NCBI GenBank assembly: GCA_963665295.1
Contig: OY762209.1
Location: 2,336,001-2,400,000 of the forward strand
Direction: 5' to 3'
Length of the DNA: 64,000 bases
Source: Syntrophorhabdaceae bacterium
GTDB taxonomy: Bacteria; Desulfobacterota; Syntrophorhabdia; Syntrophorhabdales; Syntrophorhabdaceae
Below, in pieces: positions 1 through 11,490 of this stretch. Below the pieces are notes generated by a model, which saw nothing but the letters and a program-made list of their open reading frames with translations, was not told where the DNA came from and searched no databases. The translations under genes were made by a program, and so were the position numbers. Numbering within the stretch: position 1 is the stretch's first letter; the number at the start of each line of letters is the position of its first letter.

Positions 1-1142
1 CCTACATCGGTCACGTGGGCCAGATCAAGAAAGCGCTGAAGATGATCGCCTCCTGCAAGAAGCCCGTGCTTTATACCGGCGGGGGTATAATCTCCTCCGG
101 GGCTTCGGCGGAACTCCTCAGATTCGCGGAGACTCTCTCCATCCCCGTAGTAAATACTCTCATGGGCCTTGGAGGTTTCCCGGGAGACCATCCCCTGTTC
201 CTCGGTATGCTCGGAATGCACGGGACCTACGCGGCGAATATGGCCATAATGGAGTCGGACGTGGTTATCGCCGTGGGAGCCCGCTTTGACGACAGGGCTA
301 CAGGGAAGGTCGACGAGTTCGCGCCCCATGCAAAGATTGTTCACGTGGATATAGATCCCACGTCCATCAGCAAGAATATAAAGGTCGATATACCCATTGT
401 GGGCGATTCGAAACATGTGCTCAGGAAGATGATCGAACTGGCCGTGGCGGACAAGGAAACCTTCGGAGAGTACCCGTCCCATATTTCCCAATGGATTCGT
501 GCGACGGAGCAATGGAAGGAACAATATCCCCTCACTTACGTGAAGAACGGCGCTCTCAAGCCCCAGTATGTGATTGAAAGGATACACGATATCACCGGGG
601 GCAACGCGGTGATAACCACTGAGGTGGGCCAGAACCAGATGTGGACGGCGCAGTTTTACAAGTTCCACAAACCGAGGACCTTCATCACGTCGGGCGGCCT
701 CGGCACCATGGGATTCGGGTTTCCCGCAGGGATAGGCGCCCAGGTGGCCTTTCCCGACGCCCTTGTGGTGGACATTGCGGGTGACGGGAGTATCCAGATG
801 AACATCCAGGAGCTTGCCACCGCGGTCCAGTACGGCCTCCCCGTCAAGGTAGTGATACTGAACAACGGTTTCCTCGGCATGGTGAGGCAGTGGCAGGAGC
901 TTTTTTACGAAAAGAGATATACGTGGACGCGCATGCAATATGCCCCCGATTTTGTAAAGATCGCAGAGGCTTACGGGGCGGCGGGCTACAGGATAGATAA
1001 AGAGGAGGACGTGGACTCTGTGCTCACGGAGGCGTTCCGGAACAACAGGCCTACATTCATAGACGTCCTCGTGAATCCTGAGGAGTCCGTCTATCCTATG
1101 GTGCCCGCAGGAGCACCGCTTAGCGAAATGCTTCTCGTCTAG
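1..1142 (+). CDS. ilvB: Acetolactate synthase large subunit (5' part lies outside the window)
   Basis: Motifs [27 protein letters not shown]-binding GDGSIQMN and LGMVRQWQ; followed by ilvN and ilvC. Confidence 0.97.
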   Translation, partial: YIGHVGQIKKALKMIASCKKPVLYTGGGIISSGASAELLRFAETLSIPVVNTLMGLGGFPGDHPLFLGMLGMHGTYAANMAIMESDVVIAVGARFDDRATGKVDEFAPHAKIVHVDIDPTSISKNIKVDIPIVGDSKHVLRKMIELAVADKETFGEYPSHISQWIRATEQWKEQYPLTYVKNGALKPQYVIERIHDITGGNAVITTEVGQNQMWTAQFYKFHKPRTFITSGGLGTMGFGFPAGIGAQVAFPDALVVDIAGDGSIQMNIQELATAVQYGLPVKVVILNNGFLGMVRQWQELFYEKRYTWTRMQYAPDFVKIAEAYGAAGYRIDKEEDVDSVLTEAFRNNRPTFIDVLVNPEESVYPMVPAGAPLSEMLLV

Positions 1143-1151
1143 GAGGATTGT

Positions 1152-1691
1152 TTGAGACATATAGTATCTGTGCTTGTAGAGAACGAATTCGGTGTGCTCT
1201 CGAGGGTCGCGGGTCTCTTCAGCGGCAGGGGGTTCAATATCGAGAGCCTGTGCGTGGCGGAAACCCTCGATCCCACGATTTCCACCATGACCATCGTGAC
1301 CACGGGAAACGATGCGATCATAGAGCAGGTGTTGAAACAGTTGAACAAACTGATCAACGTGATAAAGGTAGTCGATTTCAAGGACAAGGACTATGTTTCC
1401 AGGGAAATGGTGCTTGTCAAGGTGAGTGCGGACGAGAGGGTGCGGGAAGAAGTTCTCCGGATGGTTGAGATATTCCGCGGCAGGATCATAGATGTGTCCC
1501 CCAGGACCTACACGATAATGATAACGGGCGATGAAGCGAAGATAGCGGCCTTTCTCGCGCTTATCAAGCCGCTCGGGATCAAGGAGCTTGTAAGGACCGG
1601 TCCTATCGCTATGATAAGGGGAGACAAGACAACAAAGATGAGAGAAAAACATTCCAAAGGAGGAGAAGAAGATGGCCAAGATGTACTATGA
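1152..1691 (+). CDS. ilvN: Acetolactate synthase small (regulatory) subunit
   Basis: ACT domain [36 protein letters not shown] before a TTG start. Confidence 0.96.
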   Translation: MRHIVSVLVENEFGVLSRVAGLFSGRGFNIESLCVAETLDPTISTMTIVTTGNDAIIEQVLKQLNKLINVIKVVDFKDKDYVSREMVLVKVSADERVREEVLRMVEIFRGRIIDVSPRTYTIMITGDEAKIAAFLALIKPLGIKELVRTGPIAMIRGDKTTKMREKHSKGGEEDGQDVL

Positions 1692-2670
1692 CAAGGATGC
1701 GGACCTTGCTGTCTTAAAGGGCGTAAAGGTTGCGATCATCGGATACGGAAGCCAGGGACACGCGCAGGCCCAGAACTTGAGGGACAGCGGGGTAGAGGTA
1801 ATCGTGGCGGAGCTTGAAGGAACGCCCAACTACAAGATAGCCCAGGACCACGGTTTCAAGCCCGTAAGCGCCGCAAAGGCCTCGAAGGAAGCGGGGGTCA
1901 TCCAGATCCTTGCCCAGGACAACCTTCAGGCACAACTCTATAACGACGAGATAAAACAGAACCTCAAGAAGGGCAAGACCCTCGTATTTTCTCACGGGTT
2001 CAACATTCATTACAGCCAGATCGTCCCGCCGCCCGATATCGACGTGATCATGGTGGCCCCAAAAGGCCCGGGGCACCTCGTAAGAAGGGAATATGAGAGG
2101 GGCGCCGGCGTGCCTTCCCTCATCGCCGTGTATCAGGATTTTTCGAAGAAGGCCAAGAAGAAAGCCCTCGCCTATGCGAAGGGAATCGGCGCAACAAGGG
2201 CCGGCGTTCTGGAGACCACCTTCGCGGAAGAGACCGAGACGGACCTTTTCGGCGAGCAGGCAGTCCTTTGCGGCGGTGCATCGGAACTTGTGAAAGCAGG
2301 GTTCGACACACTTGTCGAAGCAGGCTACCAGCCGGAGATCGCCTATTTCGAGTGCCTCCACGAGCTGAAACTTATCGTCGACCTCATGTATGAAGGCGGC
2401 ATTTCCTATATGCGTTATTCCATCAGCGACACGGCGGAATACGGTGACATCACGAGAGGCAAGAGAGTAGTCTCCGACGAGACGCGTGAAGAGATGAGAC
2501 AGATCCTCGACGAGATCAGGACCGGCGAATTCGCGAGGGAATGGATCCTCGAGAACATGTGCGGAAGACCCGTGTACAACTCACTGAAAAGAATTGAGGG
2601 CGAGCACCTCATTGAAGAAGTGGGAGAGAAACTGAGAAGCATGATGGGCTGGATCAGGAGAAAAGATTGA
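1672..2670 (+). CDS. ilvC: Ketol-acid reductoisomerase
   Basis: [49 protein letters not shown]. Confidence 0.98.
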   Translation: MAKMYYDKDADLAVLKGVKVAIIGYGSQGHAQAQNLRDSGVEVIVAELEGTPNYKIAQDHGFKPVSAAKASKEAGVIQILAQDNLQAQLYNDEIKQNLKKGKTLVFSHGFNIHYSQIVPPPDIDVIMVAPKGPGHLVRREYERGAGVPSLIAVYQDFSKKAKKKALAYAKGIGATRAGVLETTFAEETETDLFGEQAVLCGGASELVKAGFDTLVEAGYQPEIAYFECLHELKLIVDLMYEGGISYMRYSISDTAEYGDITRGKRVVSDETREEMRQILDEIRTGEFAREWILENMCGRPVYNSLKRIEGEHLIEEVGEKLRSMMGWIRRKD

Positions 2671-3350
2671 AAGAACCGCTGATCGCAAGGGAAGGGCTGC
2701 GTTTTCTGGTCCCTTCCCTTGTTCTTTTTGTTGTTTTTTGCGCGCTTCGCTATTCGACCCTGTCCCTGGTCTGTTTTTTGTTTACCTTGTTTTTCCTGTT
2801 TTTTTTCCGAAACCCCAAGCGGGTCATCAGGGATGAGGAAGGGGTTTTTATCTCCCCTGCCGACGGGAAGGTGGTGGAGATCAGGGACGTTTCGGGCGGA
2901 GAGTTTCTGGACGGGGAACGGACGAAGATCGGCATATTCATGTCTCCCTTCGACGTTCACGTGAACAGAGCCCCCTGCTCCGGACGTGTCACCACGGTCC
3001 AGCACAGGGACGGCGCATTCGCCATGGCGTTCAAGAAGGATATAGACCAGGTAAACGAGAGGAACTATATTCTTATAGAGAGCGGGGCGGACAAGATCCT
3101 TATGGTGCAGATCGCGGGGTTTCTCGCCCGTCGCATCACGTGTTACGTGAAGGGCGGGGACATGGTGAAGAAAGGCGAGCGGGTCGGCATCATCTCCTTC
3201 GGCTCGAGGGTTGACATTTATCTACCAAAAGGATATGAACCAATGGTAGACTTACAGGAGAAGGTGAGAGGCGGGGTAACCACTCTCGCACGAAAAAGGC
3301 CGGACACCCATGAAGCGGCTTCCGTCGCGAAAGGCGCGGTTGACGCGTGA
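2667..3350 (+). CDS. psd: Phosphatidylserine decarboxylase proenzyme (short type)
   Basis: [24 protein letters not shown] and the FGSRVD self-cleavage motif; adjacent to pssA. Confidence 0.93.
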   Translation: MKEPLIAREGLRFLVPSLVLFVVFCALRYSTLSLVCFLFTLFFLFFFRNPKRVIRDEEGVFISPADGKVVEIRDVSGGEFLDGERTKIGIFMSPFDVHVNRAPCSGRVTTVQHRDGAFAMAFKKDIDQVNERNYILIESGADKILMVQIAGFLARRITCYVKGGDMVKKGERVGIISFGSRVDIYLPKGYEPMVDLQEKVRGGVTTLARKRPDTHEAASVAKGAVDA

Positions 3351-3383
3351 GGATTCGTGTCACGGCGAGAAAGGGGGCTTAAG

Positions 3384-4154
3384 ATGAGACGAAGAAAAGG
3401 TAAAGGCATCTACATTCTGCCGAATCTGTTGACGTCGATCAGTCTCTTTGCGGGTTTTTATTCAATGGTTGCCACCATCGACAGGAAGTTCACCCATGCC
3501 GCGGTGGCCATCTTCGTGTCCGCCATCTTCGACCTGCTGGACGGCAGGGTGGCGAGGATGACGGGTTCAAGCAGCAAATTCGGGGTCGAATACGATTCCC
3601 TTTCCGACGTGATAGCCTTCGGCGTCGCGCCCGGGCTACTCGCCTACATGTGGGCATTGAAAGGCTATGGACGGTTCGGATGGCTTGCCGCCTTCCTCTT
3701 CGTGGCGTGCGGAGCGCTCCGGCTTGCGAGGTTCAATGTCCAGGTCGACAACGTGCAGAAAAAACAGTTTCTCGGACTTCCCATTCCGGCAGCGGCCGCG
3801 GTGATCGCCGGGAGCGTGCTCTTCTATGCATGGCTCGGTTTTCCGGGAGAACTCAAGATGGTCGCCATGCCCATCCTTGTGTATATCCTTGCCTTCCTCA
3901 TGGTAAGCGATGTCAGGTATTACAGCTTCAAAGAGATGGGGTTCTTCAAAGGAAGGCCTTTCCGGTCGACCGTGGTGGCGATTATGCTTCTCGTGATAAT
4001 CTCTATCGAGCCTCAGATCACGCTCTTCGCAGGAACCCTCCTCTACGCCCTTTCAGGCCCCGTATATACCGTGGTGAGGAGAAAGAAGATCATCCTGGAG
4101 AATGCGGTTCAGAATCAGCAGAAAGAAACTCCAGCAGATCGAGATGGTCATTGA
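3384..4154 (+). CDS. pssA: CDP-diacylglycerol--serine O-phosphatidyltransferase
   Basis: LPNLLT, CDP-alcohol motif DLLDGRVAR..S.FG.EYDSLSD, LRLARFN, GLPIP; alternative GTG start at 3357. Confidence 0.95.
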   Translation: MRRRKGKGIYILPNLLTSISLFAGFYSMVATIDRKFTHAAVAIFVSAIFDLLDGRVARMTGSSSKFGVEYDSLSDVIAFGVAPGLLAYMWALKGYGRFGWLAAFLFVACGALRLARFNVQVDNVQKKQFLGLPIPAAAAVIAGSVLFYAWLGFPGELKMVAMPILVYILAFLMVSDVRYYSFKEMGFFKGRPFRSTVVAIMLLVIISIEPQITLFAGTLLYALSGPVYTVVRRKKIILENAVQNQQKETPADRDGH

Positions 4155-4752
4155 TTAGACCGTCCTCGGCGATGGCATCGTTTTTGTAAGCGATGAAGCG
4201 GATACCCGCGGTAACCGCGGTGTCTCTGTCCACATCGGAATCCCCCAGGAAGAGGACGCACTCCTTGTCCAACTGAAGGGCTTCAAGTATCTTTTGCGCG
4301 GAGCCGGGGTGAGGCTTGGGGTGTTTCACGTCCAGGGCGGTGACCACCATATCGAAATGAGGCGTAAGCCCGAACTTTTCCATGACATATACCATTGAAG
4401 TGGTCCTGTTCGTGCATATCGCCCTCTTTATTCCTCTTTCCTTCAGAATGGCAAGGGTTTCGAGAAGATGGGGCTCCATTTTGAGATACACGATGAAGTC
4501 CCTGAAATCAACCCGTTTCAGGATCTCCAGGGCCCGTTTCTCCAGATCGTGGTCATAGTCAAAGAGCCTGTGTATCGCTTCGTACACCGTGTGGGTATGG
4601 CAGTAGCCGAGTTCCTCGGAGGTAAGCGGTCCCCTCCCGGCCTCTTCGGCTATTCTGTTGTACAGTCTCCTGTTCGCATCGAGGGAATCAAAGAGAACAC
4701 CATCGCAATCATATATGACACACTCGACACGTCCCGGTCTCTTGGCCGACAT
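4090..4752 (-). CDS. HAD-family hydrolase (phosphoglycolate phosphatase-like)
   Basis: Motif I YDCDGVLFDS, KPHP, GDSDVD; 3' end overlaps pssA convergently. Confidence 0.88.
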   Translation of the reverse strand: MSAKRPGRVECVIYDCDGVLFDSLDANRRLYNRIAEEAGRGPLTSEELGYCHTHTVYEAIHRLFDYDHDLEKRALEILKRVDFRDFIVYLKMEPHLLETLAILKERGIKRAICTNRTTSMVYVMEKFGLTPHFDMVVTALDVKHPKPHPGSAQKILEALQLDKECVLFLGDSDVDRDTAVTAGIRFIAYKNDAIAEDGLINDHLDLLEFLSADSEPHSPG

Positions 4753-4956
4753 ACACACCTCTATCGCCGTCAACGTCTGATTTTGCCCGATTGTTCCAAT
4801 CTTTTTGAACGATTAGGAGCACGAGGACCCGTTGCCGATCGCTAACTGCTATGATTTAAATATTATTCGGCAAAAAATCAAGGAGAAAATCTGTATTTAA
4901 ATCGATGAAGATGTGCTACAATAACCTTTAGAATAAAGCCTAGGAGGTAAGTAATT

Positions 4957-5427
4957 ATGATCAGCGTTTCTATTCCTGGATGGGGGGACCTCGATATAGA
5001 GTACCTAGTGGTCGACTATAACGGGACGTGCGCGTTCGACGGGAAGCTGAAAGAAGGCGTGAAGGACATAATGGAGAAAGTCTCCAGGTACATAAAGGTT
5101 TTTATAATAACGGCAGATAGTTACGGTAATATAGACAATGAAGGCGGCACCTTAGGCTTCAGCGTCATCAAGGTCGGGAAAGATCAGAGCGGCAAGGAAA
5201 AGGCGAGGATCATCAAGGAACTCGGTCCCGAGAAGGTGGTTGCCATAGGAAACGGCGCGAACGACGCCATGATGTTGAAGGAAGCTGCCCTGGGTATCGG
5301 GGTCATAGGCGGTGAAGGATGTTCCGCCCTGATTATAAAAGAAGCAGATCTCATCGTGAATGACGTAGTCGATGCATTCGGCGTCATTCTCCATCCGGAA
5401 AGACTGGTAGCCACACTGAGAGATTAG
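4957..5427 (+). CDS. HAD-family protein, soluble P-type ATPase-like
   Basis: DYNGT, TADSYG and GNGAND motifs; AGGAGG RBS. Confidence 0.85.
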   Translation: MISVSIPGWGDLDIEYLVVDYNGTCAFDGKLKEGVKDIMEKVSRYIKVFIITADSYGNIDNEGGTLGFSVIKVGKDQSGKEKARIIKELGPEKVVAIGNGANDAMMLKEAALGIGVIGGEGCSALIIKEADLIVNDVVDAFGVILHPERLVATLRD

Positions 5428-5528
5428 TCTTCGGGACGGTGCCCCGGGGTAGAACCTTCCTTTCGGCCTGCCCTCAGGCAGGCTCCGTACGTGTGGCAAA
5501 AATCCACCCAATATGATAAGATATCGAC

Positions 5529-8129
5529 ATGATTAGTAAATTATTGAAAAAAATTGTAGGAACCAAGAATGAGCGGGAACTGAAGAGGATTCAGCCCCTC
5601 GTCGAGGCGACGCGCACCTTCGAGGAGCGGTTTAAAGGCCTCTCCGACGAGGAACTGCGCGCCATGACTCCCCACTTCAGGGAAAGGATCGCGAACGGTG
5701 AGGACCTCGATTCGCTTCTTCCCGAGGCATTTGCGGTAGTGCGGGAGACCGCCGGCCGGACCGTGAGGATGAGGCATTTCGATGCCCAGGTCATTGGAGG
5801 CATCGTACTCCATGAAGGCAAGATCGCGGAAATGGCGACAGGCGAAGGCAAGACCCTTGTGGCCACGCTTCCCGTGTATCTCAACGCCCTCGCGGGCTTG
5901 GGGGTCCACGTGGTGACCGTCAACGATTACCTCGCAAAAAGGGACGCTGCGTGGATGGGTCCGGTGTACAAGTTTCTCGGACTTTCCGTAGACACGGTGG
6001 TCCACGGCCTCGATGACGACGAGAGAAGGATAGCCTATGGCTGCGACGTAACCTACGGCACGAACAACGAGTTCGGGTTCGATTACCTGAGGGACAACAT
6101 GAAGTACGGTCTCGATGAGTTGAGCCAGAGGGAATTCAACTACGCCATAGTCGATGAGGTGGACAGCATACTCATTGACGAGGCGAGGACGCCGCTTATC
6201 ATCTCCGGCCCCGCGGAAGAGTCGACGGACAAGTATTACAAGATCAACCGCCTCATCTACCAGTTGCAGAAAGAGAAAGACTTCATGGTGGACGAGAAGG
6301 CAAAGACTGCCTATCTCACCGAGGACGGGGTCGCGAAGATAGAGAAGCTCATTAAGATCGAAAACCTTTATGATCCCAAGTACGTGGACTTCCTTCACCA
6401 TGTGAACCAGGCGTTGAAAGCTCACCAGATGTTCCAGCGCGATGTGGACTACATCGTCAAAGACGGCCAGGTGATCATAGTCGACGAGTTCACAGGGCGG
6501 CTCATGCCGGGCAGGCGGTTCAGCGACGGCATCCACCAGGCCCTCGAAGCAAAAGAGAACGTGAAGATCGAGCGTGAGAACCAGACCCTCGCCACTGTCA
6601 CGTTCCAGAACTACTTCAGGATGTACAAGAAACTCGCGGGCATGACCGGAACAGCGGACACGGAAGCCATGGAGTTCAAGAAGATATACAACCTCGACGT
6701 GATGGTCATACCCACCAACAGGGCCCTCATACGGTTGAATTCCCCGGACACGGTATACAGAACGGAGAAGGAGAAGTTCAAGGCCGTAATAAACGAGATA
6801 GAGGAGCACTACAAGAAAGGCAGACCCGTGCTTGTGGGAACCCTTTCTATAGACAAGTCGGAGAGAGTCTCCGAAATGCTGAAGCGAAGGGGTATCGCCC
6901 ATCATGTGCTGAATGCGAAGATCCATGAGCGTGAGGCGGAGATCGTAGCCCAGGCAGGCAGGTTGAAGGCCCTTACCATTTCGACGAACATGGCAGGCAG
7001 AGGAACGGATATCCTTCTCGGAGGCAACCCGGAATTCCTGGCCCTGTCCATGACCAAGGGCGAGAAGGACACGGAGGCATATGCCGAGGCCCTTGAGAAG
7101 GCCCGGAAGGTATGCGAGAAGGAAAAAGAAGAGGTTATAAAGCTCGGAGGTCTTCACATACTTGGAACGGAAAGGCATGAATCGAGGCGAATCGACAACC
7201 AGTTGAGGGGCCGTGCCGGAAGGCAGGGCGACCCCGGTTCTTCGAGGTTCTACGTCTCTCTCGAAGACGAGATCATGAGGCTCTTCGGTTCCGACAGGGT
7301 TTCGCCCATGCTCGCGAAGCTCGGCATGAGCGAGGATATGCCCATAGAGCACCCCTTCATCACGAAGGCCATAGAAAATGCCCAGATGCGCGTGGAAGGC
7401 CATAACTTCGAGATACGTAAATACCTCCTTGAGTATGACAACGTAATGAACAAGCAGCGCGAGACCGTGTACGGGATGCGCAAGGAGATCATGAAAGACA
7501 GTGATCTCAAGGAACGTATTCTCGACATGGTGGACGATGCATGCGAAGACATAGTTTATGAATGCGCCCCTGAAAAGGTGTATCAGGAAGAGTGGGACCT
7601 TGTGTCCCTGAAGAACAGGGTTTACGAGACCTTCTTCTTCCACATGGACCTTTCTCTTGAGCATGTGAAGGACCTGACCAGAGAGGGTCTTCTCGATCTG
7701 GTGAGGGAAAAGGTCATCACCGTCTATAACGATAAACAAAAGACTTTCGGAGAGGAAGACTTCAGGGCCATTGAGCACTTCATCACCCTCAATTCCCTCG
7801 ATAACCACTGGAAGGAACACCTTCTTTCCCTTGACCACCTGAAGGAAGGCATAGGCCTTCGCGGGTACGGCCAGAAAGACCCGTTGAGGGAATACCAGCG
7901 GGAGAGCTACGAGTTGTTCATCGACATGCTCGACAGGGTCAGGTACGATACACTGAAGAAGATGTTCGCGGTGCAGCCTGCCAAGGAGGAGCTTACCTAC
8001 GACGAGCCCATCATGTTCACCAACCGGGGCGGAGAGCAGCTTCCCGAGGAAAAGGAAAAGAAGATAGGCAGAAATGATCCCTGCCCCTGCGGCAGCGGTA
8101 AAAAATACAAGAGGTGTTGCGGAAAATAG
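5529..8129 (+). CDS. secA: Preprotein translocase ATPase SecA
   Basis: [37 protein letters not shown] and C-terminal SEC-C motif [19 protein letters not shown]. Confidence 0.99.
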   Translation: MISKLLKKIVGTKNERELKRIQPLVEATRTFEERFKGLSDEELRAMTPHFRERIANGEDLDSLLPEAFAVVRETAGRTVRMRHFDAQVIGGIVLHEGKIAEMATGEGKTLVATLPVYLNALAGLGVHVVTVNDYLAKRDAAWMGPVYKFLGLSVDTVVHGLDDDERRIAYGCDVTYGTNNEFGFDYLRDNMKYGLDELSQREFNYAIVDEVDSILIDEARTPLIISGPAEESTDKYYKINRLIYQLQKEKDFMVDEKAKTAYLTEDGVAKIEKLIKIENLYDPKYVDFLHHVNQALKAHQMFQRDVDYIVKDGQVIIVDEFTGRLMPGRRFSDGIHQALEAKENVKIERENQTLATVTFQNYFRMYKKLAGMTGTADTEAMEFKKIYNLDVMVIPTNRALIRLNSPDTVYRTEKEKFKAVINEIEEHYKKGRPVLVGTLSIDKSERVSEMLKRRGIAHHVLNAKIHEREAEIVAQAGRLKALTISTNMAGRGTDILLGGNPEFLALSMTKGEKDTEAYAEALEKARKVCEKEKEEVIKLGGLHILGTERHESRRIDNQLRGRAGRQGDPGSSRFYVSLEDEIMRLFGSDRVSPMLAKLGMSEDMPIEHPFITKAIENAQMRVEGHNFEIRKYLLEYDNVMNKQRETVYGMRKEIMKDSDLKERILDMVDDACEDIVYECAPEKVYQEEWDLVSLKNRVYETFFFHMDLSLEHVKDLTREGLLDLVREKVITVYNDKQKTFGEEDFRAIEHFITLNSLDNHWKEHLLSLDHLKEGIGLRGYGQKDPLREYQRESYELFIDMLDRVRYDTLKKMFAVQPAKEELTYDEPIMFTNRGGEQLPEEKEKKIGRNDPCPCGSGKKYKRCCGK

Positions 8130-8131
8130 CT

Positions 8132-9292
8132 ATGAAGGCACATATGGTAGAGGGGATTGAGTTTTCGGGGATAGCGGCGGGCGTCAAGAAGGCCGGCCTT
8201 GATCTGGGGTTGGCGTTCTTCGAAGAGCCCATGTATGTGTCGTCCCTTTACACGAAGAACCGCGTGAAGGCGGCCCACATCCTCTATAACCGGAAGCTGG
8301 AGTCGAAGCCCGTGAGGGCTGTCCTCGTAAACAGCGGGTGCGCGAATGCCTGCACCGGCAAAGACGGCATAGACGACCTCAAGGAGATCGGCGGGAAACT
8401 TTCCGCGCTCCTCAATGTGACGAGGGAAGAGATACTTTTCGCGTCCACCGGCGTGATCGGCAAGAGACTTCCCGGCGACACCATTGTGAGCGCCCTTCCT
8501 GCTGCGGTAAAGGACCTGAAAGAGGCCCATCTTGATGCGTTCTCCCGGGCGATCATGACCACGGACACATTTCCCAAGGTGGTGCATGAGACCTTCGAAG
8601 GGCGGAAGTCGTATAATATCGTAGGCATTGCAAAGGGCGCGGGCATGATAAACCCGCTCTTCGCCACCATGCTTGCCTTTGTATTCACCGATTTTCCCGT
8701 TTCCCCGGCCACGATACAGCGGTCTTTTGTCCACTCCGCAAGGGAGAGCTTCGAGAGAATATCCGTTGACGGCGAGTGTTCGACGAACGATTCCATCCTT
8801 CTTTTCACCCGTACGGGGGAAGAAGATGAAAGCGGCCTGAAGGGGTTTGAAGAGGGCCTTGCGACGGTCCTCAAAGAGCTTGCCATGATGGTCGTCAAGG
8901 ATGGGGAAGGCGCGACCCGCGTTGCCCATATTATCGTGAAAGGCGCGAAGAAGAAAGAACAGGCGGAAAAGATCGCGAGAAGGATTTCCATTTCGCCCCT
9001 CACCAAGACGGCATTTTTCGGTTCCGACCCCAACTGGGGCAGAATCATCGCGGCGACGGGCGACGCCGGTGTTCCGGTCACCCCATCGAAGATTGAAATC
9101 ACCCTGCAGGGACGGGTCCTCGCAAGGGGCGGCGTTGAAGTGCCCTTCGATGAGGAAGAAATGAAGAACCTCATGAGCACCAAGGAGATAGAAGTAATAG
9201 TGGACCTCCACGAGGGCAAGGCCGGGTTCGACATCTTCACGACGGACTACACCTACGACTACATAAAAATCAACGCGTCCTACCGGACATAG
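8132..9292 (+). CDS. argJ: Ornithine acetyltransferase / glutamate N-acetyltransferase ArgJ
   Basis: NSGCANACTG, STGVIG, IMTTDT, KGAGMINP..ATML autoproteolysis site, STND, DGEGAT, DPNWGRI, INASYRT. Confidence 0.97.
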   Translation: MKAHMVEGIEFSGIAAGVKKAGLDLGLAFFEEPMYVSSLYTKNRVKAAHILYNRKLESKPVRAVLVNSGCANACTGKDGIDDLKEIGGKLSALLNVTREEILFASTGVIGKRLPGDTIVSALPAAVKDLKEAHLDAFSRAIMTTDTFPKVVHETFEGRKSYNIVGIAKGAGMINPLFATMLAFVFTDFPVSPATIQRSFVHSARESFERISVDGECSTNDSILLFTRTGEEDESGLKGFEEGLATVLKELAMMVVKDGEGATRVAHIIVKGAKKKEQAEKIARRISISPLTKTAFFGSDPNWGRIIAATGDAGVPVTPSKIEITLQGRVLARGGVEVPFDEEEMKNLMSTKEIEVIVDLHEGKAGFDIFTTDYTYDYIKINASYRT

Positions 9293-9553
9293 CCGATACT
9301 CTTCGGATCTTCTTTACCGACCGATAGCCCCGACAACGTGAAGACCGGAACCCGATTCCCGCGGATGCGGCGCATCATCATGAAGCGAACCGCGTAGGAC
9401 GGGACATGGCGAACCTCGGGATCAAAGGAACCGAAGACATCCCCCGGAGTCATATCCGATATCAACGTAGCGCGGAAAAACCTGCAAAAGATCTCAGGAG
9501 CGACGCCGATTTTCTTTAAAACCTCGTCGGCGGGCTGCTGTGTGTGGCGGGTG

Positions 9554-9742
9554 GGGAGAGCCCCTCTTTCACTCCCCCGTGCCAACGCTCCAGGCAGAGA
9601 AAACTTGGCGCGAAAATCCTTGGCGAATGCCACCCCCCATCCCCCTACAAATCAAGGGGGCTCTCTACCTCGCCAATGATTTTCGCTGAGTTTTCTTAGC
9701 TGCCTTCCACAATGCACGGGGGAGTGAAAGAGGGGTTCTCCC
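9554..9742. repeat. 189-bp imperfect palindrome (MITE/REPIN-like element)
   Basis: 29-bp terminal inverted repeats at 9554-9582 and 9714-9742 with 1 mismatch, plus inner imperfect arms at about 9593-9626 and 9670-9704. Confidence 0.75.
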
Positions 9743-9847
9743 TCATGATAGTTCGAGAAGGCGCAGGGCGGGGAAAAGACATGAGACCGTGACCCGGGGG
9801 GAAGCGAAGCTGTCTGCAAGTTCCTGAAGGCGTGCCGCGTACCTCGC

Positions 9848-10138
9848 TCACTTAAAACCCTCTTCTTTGCGGTGGCGTATTCCGATAATGTGCACCGTGT
9901 CTTCTTCTATCCTGTACCGGGTAATAAAACTACCTGCCCCGAACGGAACGACAAGATCATGGAAGTCCGGGAGGGCTTCTACGGGATGGATGATATCCGG
10001 ATAATCCTGGAGTAGTTTGATTGTGTTTGTTATTGTCATGGCCGCCCTTCTTGCAGCCTCCGGGTTCTTGTCGCCGATAAAATCCCTCAACCTGCCGAGG
10101 TCATCAACGGCACGGTCGAGCCAGACTATTCTTCGCAC
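9848..10138 (-). CDS. Type II toxin, RelE/ParE family
   Basis: IVWLDRAVDDLGRLRDFI..NPEAA..A, YRIEEDTVHIIGIRHRKE; overlaps the upstream antitoxin. Confidence 0.9.
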   Translation of the reverse strand: MRRIVWLDRAVDDLGRLRDFIGDKNPEAARRAAMTITNTIKLLQDYPDIIHPVEALPDFHDLVVPFGAGSFITRYRIEEDTVHIIGIRHRKEEGFK

Positions 10139-10407
10139 TCAGGCCTCTTTGTTTCTCCTTCATGCCCCCAGGTATCCAGCCAGGTCAGCACCGCTTCATT
10201 ACTTACATACTCGCCGTTGGTCTTGAATGTTTCCCAGCGGTCAAGGGTCTCTAAACGCAGTTTTTCCGCCTCTTCTTCTTTTTCTACATATTTGCTGATG
10301 GCTTCTTTCATCAGCCAATGAGGCGAGCGTCTCTTTGCCTCTGCGAGCCTTAATAAACGTGCCCTTATTTCCGGGTCTAGTTTGACTGCCATAGGGGTGG
10401 CGCCCAT
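10126..10407 (-). CDS. Type II antitoxin, CopG/ribbon-helix-helix family
   Basis: VKLDPEIRARLLRLAEAKRRSPHWLMKEAI RHH; C-terminal V..WLDTWG; GGAGG RBS. Confidence 0.9.
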   Translation of the reverse strand: MGATPMAVKLDPEIRARLLRLAEAKRRSPHWLMKEAISKYVEKEEEAEKLRLETLDRWETFKTNGEYVSNEAVLTWLDTWGHEGETKRPECEE

Positions 10408-10423
10408 AGTTGCACCTCCAGGG

Positions 10424-10438
10424 TATTACCTTGTAATA
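10424..10438. promoter_or_regulatory. Putative autoregulatory operator of the TA operon
   Basis: Palindrome TATTAC-CTT-GTAATA just upstream of the antitoxin RBS; TTAC/GTAA half-sites are typical of RHH antitoxin operators. Confidence 0.55.
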
Positions 10439-10927
10439 ATATACTCACCGCAACGCGTCCTGCGCAAGGGTTTTCTGCAACCCTTTTTCCTGCATGGACT
10501 GCTCTGTTGTGAGGTGTGCGCCGGAATACGGCGAGCCATAGAAGAGGAGAAGCCCATCAACTACGAAGCCGAATTTGGCTACGACCCTGAAGCGAAAGAC
10601 GGAAGGCTCTATTAGCGCCCACTAAGACGAGCGATATCGAATGTTCGACCGGTAGGAAACCGGCAAATCGCAACCAAACTTCTAAAGATGAACGGTGCGG
10701 CGCAAATCTTCAACTCCTATCTTAAACAATTGCGCCGCCCTTGCCACCTGCAAAACAGTTGAAAGAGCGGGGCAACCCAAAAAGTCCGGAGTTCGTGCGG
10801 TCGATCGAAGGAAAAGTCGCACGGTATGGGTGCCTGGATATAGGCAGCACTGGAATATGCGGGATTTCTGCCGTATATTTGGCTATCCGACAGAGTCAGA
10901 AGGCAAAAACAAATAGGAGGCAGCACG

Positions 10928-11299
10928 ATGGTCCCGGAAAAACTGCTGGAAATCATGAAACAGGACGGGGTTGTCGCCATTGCGACATTGGGAGAAGATG
11001 GGCCGCATATGGTCAACACCTGGAACAGCTACATCAGAATATCACCGGACGGACGATTATTCATTCCTGCAGGTTACATGAATAAGACAGAGGCTAACGT
11101 TGCTTACAACCCCAATGTTCTGATTACGCTGGGAAGCAGCAAGGTTCAGGGCTTGCATGGAGCAGGCGCCGGTTTCTTAATCAAAGGAAAGGCCATGTTT
11201 ATCACGTCCGGACCTGATTTTGATTTTATGAAAGCAAAATTCACCTGGCTGCGAGCTACGTTGGCTGTCACCATCGAGTCTGCTACCCAAACCTGGTGA
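10928..11299 (+). CDS. FMN-binding split-barrel protein (pyridoxamine 5'-phosphate oxidase family, Desulfovibrio FMN-bp-like)
   Basis: GVVAIATLGEDGPHMVNTWNSY, MNKTEANV, TLGS.KV.G, GFLIKG; AGGAGG RBS. Confidence 0.9.
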   Translation: MVPEKLLEIMKQDGVVAIATLGEDGPHMVNTWNSYIRISPDGRLFIPAGYMNKTEANVAYNPNVLITLGSSKVQGLHGAGAGFLIKGKAMFITSGPDFDFMKAKFTWLRATLAVTIESATQTW

Positions 11300-11389
11300 A
11301 AGTTATGGAACAGTCTGAACATTGCAGTTTCGGGGCCGTGGCGATCAGGTGACAATGTTTATATACCTGCCCGGTAGACCGCGCGCTTA

Positions 11390-11490
11390 GCCCTCTTAAG
11401 GCCGAACACGCCTTTTTTCCGCAGAATGAAACCGGTCTCCGGCTCACGTGCCGGTAGGACTACAAGGTCCGTGCCCATGAGCTGGAGACC
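11390..11490 (-). pseudogene. Degenerate 101-bp copy of the catalytic-Cys segment of the CHAT gene
   Basis: Ungapped match to 13155-13255, 77/101 nt by hand count; translates GLQLMGTDLVVLPARE...GVFGLKRA versus GLRLMGTDLVVLSACE...GVFGLKRA. Confidence 0.8.

Noticed and set aside
5541..7838. 765-aa minus-strand ORF
   Set aside because: Antisense shadow of secA caused by codon bias; no recognisable motifs.
10616..10927. FMN riboswitch upstream of the FMN-binding protein
   Set aside because: Several short hairpins are present, but the conserved RFN sequence blocks are not; an Rfam scan would settle it.
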